Source of the DNA: Macrostomum lignano
Taxonomy: Eukaryota
NCBI GenBank assembly: GCA_002269645.1
Contig: NIVC01000695.1
Coordinates: 1 to 64,000, forward strand
Reading direction: 5' to 3'
Length of the DNA: 64,000 nt
Under the pieces are notes generated by a model. The model was given only the letters and a program-made list of their open reading frames with translations, ran no database searches and had not been told where the DNA came from. A program made the translations under genes and the position numbers. Positions 56,420 to 64,000 of the stretch are shown one piece after another. Each line of letters opens with the position of its first letter. The stretch's first letter is position 1.

Positions 56420-58657
56420 GATCGACCTCATAACGACCCATGAGATGTCCCCACATGCCAGGTCGCTAAGCTGTAAGGAAACTGTAAATATAGACCCAGC
56501 TTTAGCTTCTACTGTCAGCTCAGGCAATTCCGCGTTTGCCGAAACCCGTAGCTCGAGCAGTGGTGTTCCGTCATGCTGTTCGTCACAAGACACTGTCACA
56601 AACCGACACAATACTTCGATCTTAAGTAGCAGTAGGCTAGACAATAGACAGGGACAGGAGCCTAAAACCAGAAATCCGCCTGCACGCAATGCCCTGCTCA
56701 GTGCCCTGATCTCTGTAGCCCAGTTTGCCATGACCAATTGATCGCAGCACAGCCAGCCGATCCGGCGGTAGGCTCTGTTAGAAATCCAATTGAGAATGAC
56801 TCGCCTAAACAGACATTTCAAGAACGGCTAGAATTAACCCACGACTGTAGGAACCTTCTAGGTTATTATGAGTTGCTCAGAATTGAGGACGGTCTACTCA
56901 AAGTAGACTTATCTATGGGGCAGACTGATCCAAAGGTAGTGTTGCTTAAGTCTCTGGATAGTGAAGTCTTTCACCAATTGCGTGATTCCCCGTTAGCGGG
57001 ACACCTAGGTCGAGATAAAACTTATCAGAGAATTAAAACTCGATTTTGGAGGCTAGGATTAGCAACAACAGTCGAATGCTACGTAGCCAAATGTAAACCA
57101 TGCTTAGAAAGTAAGACTAGACGAATAATTAAGGCACCAATTCAGAACTATCCTGTAGTCAAACCGTTTTGTAGATTACACATAAATCTGATAGGACCTA
57201 TTGGCCAAACTAGAAATTCAGAGAACAAATATGTACTTTCAGTCATAGACAGCACTAGCAAGTTTCCATTCGCATACGCAATTAAGAATCAGAAGGCTAA
57301 AACAGTTATCAAGATTTTGAAAGAACACGTTTTCGCTGATTTTGGGATTCCACAATGCATTCACACAGACAAGGGAACACAGTTCACTGGTAGGGCCTTT
57401 AAGAAATTTTTAGACCTCCATGGCATTAGACGCACCTGAACAACTAGTTACCATCCGCAGAGCAAATGGCTTAGTATAAAACCTTAATAAGCAGATTAAA
57501 TCAATTCTCGACTGTTTACTGGAGAAGAAGCATTCCAACTGGGACGTTCTGTTGCCAGGTTGCATAACAGCTCTGAGAACCAGCACGCACACTGCCACAG
57601 GATTTAGTCTGCACTATTTAGTCTTAGGAGAGGCCAAAATGCCCTGCGAAAATGAGCTGACGAGCCAAAGCAGTTCCAAGTTTTGCCATCTTATGTCCAG
57701 GAACATTAGATGAATCTGCAGGAAGGCCAAGAACTAGCGAGAAAGAGATTAAAGTTAGTGAAACAAAACCGTGGGCAGGAATACTCTAATAAGCCTAAGC
57801 CGAAAACATTGCCTGTAGGAAGTTTAGCATTTATCAATAATCCAGTAATTGCCAACACAGAGGCTAAAAATTTTACAGAAAACAAAAGACCAGTTTACGA
57901 AATTGTAGAACAACTATCCGAAGTAGTCTTTAAGATGAGGCCAGTGAAAAAAATAAAAAAGCTAGAAAACAGGAACTTATTATGCATAGGGATAATCAAA
58001 TGAGAGCACCACAAGTAGAGTATCAGGAAGAAGTTAGTGCTAAGCCAAAAGAACAGAGAAAGCAGTGCAGTAGGCAACAATTTGTAACAGGTAGGATTTT
58101 GTGTCCATCCTGCCTGCACCTTCTGCTCACGTCGGATAACAAAGAATTGAACTCGAAGCACGGTTTTCTGGGCCCAGGCTGCTGCGGCCTACAGCCCAGC
58201 CGAGGCAATGGCCATGCCTTTAGGCCCGCAGATGCGGGCGAGAGGAAAGTGAAGCCATGGCGCCTACACTGTCTCTCCTTTTATTTAAAACACTGCAGAA
58301 CAGGCGCGTGAGAACGGAAACTCTTATAAGCTACATAGAACAAATGCGAATTACGCAGCTAGTTTTAGGTGCAGCCGTCCTTCGCAAATATGACTGCATT
58401 TTATGCAGCTCATACAATTAACTAATCAGCCGAATGTGTACAACGAATCAGAAAGCGAGGATGAGTATGAAGATGCAGTGCAGTTCACGCCAGTGCAAAG
58501 TCAAAATAATGGGCAGTTAATGCCAGAGCAAAATCAAAATAATGTGCATGTGCAATTAGTGCCAGTACCAAATCAGCAAGTGCAGCATCTAAGTAACAAT
58601 CAAAATAATCTATTAGGAGTACAAGGAGTTATGCCAGTACAATTGAATGATAAAAAC

Positions 58658-58724
<67 letters not shown>

Positions 58725-58741
58725 TTAATAATAATAATAAA

Positions 58742-58772
<31 letters not shown>

Positions 58773-59390
58773 TAGGGAATAATTTAAAAGCCAGACCAGC
58801 GAGAGAGCGTCATGCTCCAGATAGATAAACTGTTAGGCCAAGTCAGAAAAAGTTATGTACAGAGGATTCTTCAACCCATTCAACCTCTTACAGCTCAAGA
58901 GTTGAATAAACGATGGCCGACGCCCCACTCCGCAGCTACCCTAAGAAGATCTATGGCCAAAAGAGAAGGCACGAGGAGGAACAAGAAGAGAACGAACCCC
59001 CGCGAATTAGGGCCGTGCATGTAGCAAGCAGCGAAGACGACTGCAAGAAGCGGAAACAGGAGCTAAAAGAAGGTAGCGAGCCAGAAGGGAATTTAGTCAT
59101 TGATGGAGATTTGGAAGAGTTGGAGAGAGAGACCAAAAGAGAGGAAGTAGAGTTTATAGATGAGATGGTGAGATTTATGGAAGAGATCAGACAACATAAA
59201 GAGGGCCTCAACACGATCGAGGAATCGGATGAAGTAACGACAAGCCAACAGCCCGAAGGAATCGACTTTGCGGCTCTACTCAGAGTGGACATAGGCGAGG
59301 AGCAAGCCCCTGAGCAAAAAGATGACGAACCGCAGAACAGTCCCGGCACGCAGGAGATAAGTTTCGCAATTGTCGCCGCGCCCTCAAGCG
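56420..59390 (+). mobile_element. pol: Gypsy element B remnant (relative of A): RH-IN linker, integrase, ORF3 homolog; decayed and 5'-truncated
   Basis: ORFs 56445-56741, 56738-57439 and 57710-58003 align to A pol (GHLGRDKTYQR, HTDKGTQFTG). ORF 58913-59401 aligns to A ORF3. Confidence 0.9.
58658..58771. repeat. (AAT)n microsatellite inside Gypsy B
   Basis: Direct reading. Confidence 0.95.
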
Positions 59391-60894
59391 GTTCATCCTA
59401 GCGACAGGTCGAATAGGGCATTTCAAGGCCGATCTGCCGGGTCATTCTAAAAAAATGGTCAACACGTAAAAACAAAGAAAAGCTTTATAAAACTTCTGAG
59501 ATATTGAGAATGTCAAAAAAAATCAAAAGGCAAATAATTCTAATGTGTATGTTAGAAAGAAATACTTGATTTATACATAAAGCTTAACAAAAAGTTGCGA
59601 AAATAAGCCTAAAAGGAACGGCAGTTTATCTTTATCGAGAAATTACTTTCCACGGATTGACTGACTATAGTTCTACACATTATTTAGTCAAATGAGAGTA
59701 TGTTTATTTGTTGTCTCAAGTTGGTCGGATGTTTTTTGCAGATAACTATCTAATTTATGAGTTTCAGAGTACAGAAAGTAAAGATATTGTGTTTGCTGCT
59801 GTATTTTTGACATAAAAATATTGGCACTGAAATTTACAACTCTGAATTAAAAGGTTTTACGGACCACTTATACATGTCCTACTTTTTTCGTTGGAAAAGT
59901 AATGGGAAATTTTGTTTTTTTTAGAGAACTTTAGCATTAGATGCTCACGTTAATGATTGTATCTGGACAGAATCGGCAGAGGTTTTATGAAAATCAATAA
60001 GTTTTTTACACACGTCAATTTTCCCTACCACAAAATTGGTGCAATTCTAAATTCATTCTGACGAAACTAGAGGATTAAAATGCACGAAATTAATAATAAC
60101 TACTCCTAACAATGGCACAAATAGGTATTTTTTTATTTTTTGGATTACTTACTTGTATGAAATACAAATTGCAAAAAAATACAGAAAATGTACACAAATG
60201 CTCATATTTTGGTAACCCGAAATTCAGCACGGTGACCTGGAGCAAACTGCAGATCTGAAACTTACCACAATAATAAAGTACATATGGGGTTAGAAGCATT
60301 TGAGTCATTTCTGTTAAAAGTCGATACTTTTGGTATAAATGTACATAATGTGTGATTCATCACTTGTGTAGCTATACATGTAAAGTAATATTATAAATTT
60401 ACAACATATTTTAATGTTGTTATCATCTAGTTTCTTCTGTTTCTTTTGTTTCAATGAAAAAAATTAATTTTGATAGCTGAAGTTCGCAGAATTACTTATC
60501 ACTGTCATTCAAATAATTATTTGTTCAAAGTATGCTAGTACAGTTACATTTATAAAAGTTAAAACAGGGCAACCAGCTCTATCAATAATAAAATTTCTAT
60601 TATTATAGTCAATTATTATAGAGTTTTTTTAGACAATTAATAGTGCGCTTTTGCACACGTTCATTACTTAGCCTAATGACTCAACTATGCGTGCATTAAT
60701 ATTTTCCTTTTCCGCTCGCCAATACAAAATCATTAATAACATTCGCTTGCCTATCACATTAAGTTTCTATATCCAGTATGTCGCTGATAAGTTTAATAAT
60801 ATTTTCTTGCTTAACTAATTTTTGCATGTGCTTAATAAACGCAAATAATTAATGTACAAAAGGGGTTTTGCACATTTTCGAAGCGAGGGGGACG

Positions 60895-61404
60895 CGTAGT
60901 AGGGCATAATTTAGGGGCAGAACTTAGACACGGGACAAATATGCTTTTACACTACTGTCCGTACTTTTGGCCAGGGAAAGTAATTAGGGCTAGGGTGGAT
61001 CGCAAATTTTGGGCTTCTTTATAATGATAGAGCAGCTAGGCTCTCGGGAAAGCATTCCGCGTCGTCTTCCGAGTACGTTTTTCTGAATTAGAAATATCTA
61101 TCAAGGAATTCAAGGTAAAGGGAAAATAAGGAACTAAGAATAGTAAATAGTTTTGCACAGAGGTATCTTGCCTCTAAACTGGGAGTCTTGCCCAAGCACT
61201 CAAGGGGAACATAAAATTTAACATTTTTATAAAACATTTTTCTTTTGTTGTTAAACATGTGTTAGCTTAATATTACATTGGTGTCCTGACTCATTTCTTT
61301 CTAGGGAATATGAGGAACCTGGTGGCAGCATTCTACCGAAAACTCCAACCAGTAAAATTCAATAGAATTAATAAACCAGTAGCCTAAACCACGAGACCAC
61401 ACCA
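60895..61404 (+). repeat. Probable 3' LTR of Gypsy B
   Basis: Follows PPT GAAGCGAGGGGGA and starts (C)GTAGTAGGG like A. Shares internal TGGTGGCAGC and terminal AAACCAGTAGCCTAAACC with LTR A. The end position is approximate. Confidence 0.65.
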
Positions 61405-61489
61405 TTCCGTTCTCTTTTGTAGAGAATCACAGTAAAAATGAAGTAAGCTCTGTTTCATATAGGTAAAGGTTTTACAGGTAAAGGTAGTA

Positions 61490-63350
61490 AAGGTGGCTCT
61501 TTAATGTTCGACATGGTGGCTCTTTTATGTTTAACATGGTGCTCTTAAATGTTCGACATCGTGGCTCTTTAATGTTCGACATAGTGGCTCTTTAATGTTT
61601 CACATGGAGTCACGTATGTGTTTGACATGTAGTCACGTATATATTTGGCATGGAGTCACGTATATGCTTTACATGGTGGCTCTTTTATGTTTGACATAGT
61701 GGCTCTTTTATGTTTGACATGATGGCTCCTTAATGTTCGACATGGTGGCTGTTTAATGTTTGTTATGTAGTCATATGTATATGTTTTACATGGTGGCTCT
61801 TTTATGTGTGACATGGAGTCACGTATATATTTGACATGGAGTCACATATATGTTTGACATGGTGGCTCTTTTATACTTGACATGTTGGTTCTTTAATGTT
61901 TGACATAGTGGCTCTTAATTTTTTACTTGGTGGCTCTTTAATGTTTAACATGGTGACTCTTTACTGTTTGACATGGTGGCTCTTTAATGTTCAACATGCT
62001 GGCTCTTTAATGTTTGACATAGTGGCTCTTTAATGCTCGACATTGTGGCTCTTTAATGTTCTACATTGTGGCTCTTTAATGTTTGACATGGTGGCTCTTT
62101 AATGTTCTACATGGTGGCTCTTTAATGTTCTACATAGTGGCTCTTTAATGCTTGACATTGTGGCTCTTTAATGTTCTACATATTGTGGCTCTTTAATCTT
62201 CGACATGGTGGCTCTTAAATGTTCGACATGGTGGCTCTTTATTGTTTGACATGATGGCTCTTTAATGTTTGACATTGTGACTCTATTGTTCTACATATTC
62301 TGGCTCTTTAATGTTCGACATGGTGGCCCTTTAATGTTCTACATTGTGGCTCTTTATTGTTTGACATGATGGCTTTTTAATGTTTGACATGGTGGCTCTT
62401 TAATGTTCTACGTGGTGGCTCTTTAACGTTCGACAGGGTGGCTCTTTAATGTTCTACACGGAGGCTCTTTAATGTTTGACATGGAGTCACGTATGTGTTT
62501 GACATGGAGTCACGTATATGCTTTACATGGTGGCTCTTTAATGTTTGACATGGAGTCACGTATATGTTTGACATGTAGTCACGTATATGTTTGACATTGT
62601 TGGCTCTTTAATGTTTGACATAATGGCTCTTTTATGCTTGAAATGGTGGCTCTTTAATGTTCGACATGGTGGCTCTTTTATGTTTAACATGGTGCTCTTA
62701 AATGTTCGACATATTGGCTCTTTACTGTTAGACATGGTGGCTCTTTACTGTTTGACATGGTGGCTCTTTAATGTTTGACATGGTGGCTCCTTAAAATTTC
62801 GACCTGGTGGCTCATTATTGTTCGAAATTGTGGCTCTTTTATGTTCGACATGGTGGCTCTTTAATGTTCTACATGGTGGCTCTTTAATGCTCTACATTGT
62901 GGCTCTTTAATGCTCTACATGGTGGCTCTTTAATGTTCTACATGGTGGCTCTTTAAAGCTTGACATTGTGGCTCTTTAATGTTCGACATGGTGGCTCTTT
63001 ATTGTTTGACATGGTGGCTCTTTAATTTTCGACATGGTGGCTCTTTACTGTTCGACATGGTGGCTCTTTAATGTTTGACATGGTGGCTCTTTAACGTTCG
63101 ACATGGTGGCGCTTTAATGTTCAACACGCTGGCTCTTTAATGTTTGACATAGTGGCTCTTTAATGTTTGACATCATGGCTCTTTAATGTTCTACATTGTG
63201 GCTCTTTAATGCTCTACATGGTGGCTCTTTAATATTCTACATGGTGGCTCTTTAATGCTTGACATTGTGGCTCTTTAATGTTCTAATATTGTGGCTCTTT
63301 AATCTTCGACATGGTGGCTCTTTAATGTTCGACATGGTGGCTTTTTATTT
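61490..63350. repeat. 23-bp minisatellite (GACATGGTGGCTCTTTAATGTTY) with interspersed variant GACATGGAGTCACGTATATGTTT, about 80 units
   Basis: Direct reading. Confidence 0.95.
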
Positions 63351-64000
63351 GATGTGGCCGCAGCCTTCTGCTGCAAGCATAGGGCCGCAGTTACATCTTT
63401 AATGCCCAAACGCTCCACCCTCCGCGTTCTATATTAACGAATGCAGGCCCGCTTGTCTGAATTTTTCTCAGAACCGTTTTGACCGCTGGTCAGTCTCGTC
63501 GAGAGCTATCTCCGAGAAAGCGCTCTAGCGCCGGTTAACAGCGAAGCAAAGCTCCTGAGCAGGTCTTGGTAGAGCACTGCAGCGCTCAAGCAGAAGCACG
63601 CTCCTGAGCAGGTCTTGGTAGAGCATTGCTAGTGATATAGCTCTGGTTTTCCAGCCTACCCTATTGGCAGGAAATCAGTTGGCTGAAGCCATTCTGCTAG
63701 TGTCTATTCGCGACACAGGCGCGAATAAGAGTGAGAGTGAGTGTGCAGTCGCAGCACTCGTGCGCGATTCTTAGAAATAGCTGTTGGTTATAGGCCTAGG
63801 GTCTATTGCTGCTTCAGGCGCATAGATCTATTCCTCGCCGCCCATCTGCGCGAGACGTAGCTATTAGGTTAGTAGGGGTTAGGGGTCCTCTGAGAGCTAA
63901 ACTCAGACACGCTCAAGCGCGGACATTGTCAGTGCCAGGACTGCGCCGCTCAGGCCATTTGCTACCATTGAGTCCTGTCACTTGGACATTGAAATCTCTG

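Noticed and set aside
59400-60800. AT-rich block interrupting Gypsy B, starting near TAGGGCATTTCAAGG
   Set aside because: Possibly a DNA-transposon fragment, but no matching inverted end, TSD or coding motif was found.
61490-63350. Minisatellite unit contains CA-TGGTGGC, resembling an LTR-end/PBS junction next to LTR B
   Set aside because: Only a 7-nt match, and the rest of the unit is unrelated to the LTR; likely coincidence.
63360-64000. GC-richer end with a duplicated GCTCCTGAGCAGGTCTTGGTAGAGCA and degenerate TTAGG-like text
   Set aside because: Probably the start of another repeat cut by the window edge; not classifiable.

Overview
Eukaryotic (probably invertebrate animal) transposon-dense, heterochromatin-like window. 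It has no intact ordinary host gene. Left part (1-16 kb): an intron-containing RPA1-like pseudogene, modular non-autonomous repeats, an intact AlkB-family dioxygenase ORF converging on a decayed PIF/Harbinger transposase, a zinc-finger/JmjC remnant and a decayed Penelope-like (RT+GIY-YIG) element. Centre (16177-52306): a Gypsy LTR element (A, 4-bp TSD CAAT) carrying nested insertions. (i) A young 14.75-kb minus-strand Gypsy element (E; 653-bp LTRs, TSD TTAG) sits exactly in A's protease LDTG motif. (ii) Two related Jockey/I-group LINEs sit in A's 3' LTR, one apparently inserted in the 5' tip of the other. Right part: a decayed mariner with two C-terminal modules, a decayed relative of Gypsy A (B) and a 1.9-kb 23-bp minisatellite. 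The most striking observation is element E's gene order: gag / [signal peptide - herpes-gB-like class III envelope with a furin-flanked mucin domain - TM - aspartic protease] / RT-RH-IN / extra ORFs. The envelope therefore lies between gag and pol and is fused in frame to the protease. Second most striking is a catalytically intact AlkB domain fused to LINE ORF1, with a second TE-associated AlkB elsewhere in the window. All homology calls were made by eye from motifs; no database searches were run.
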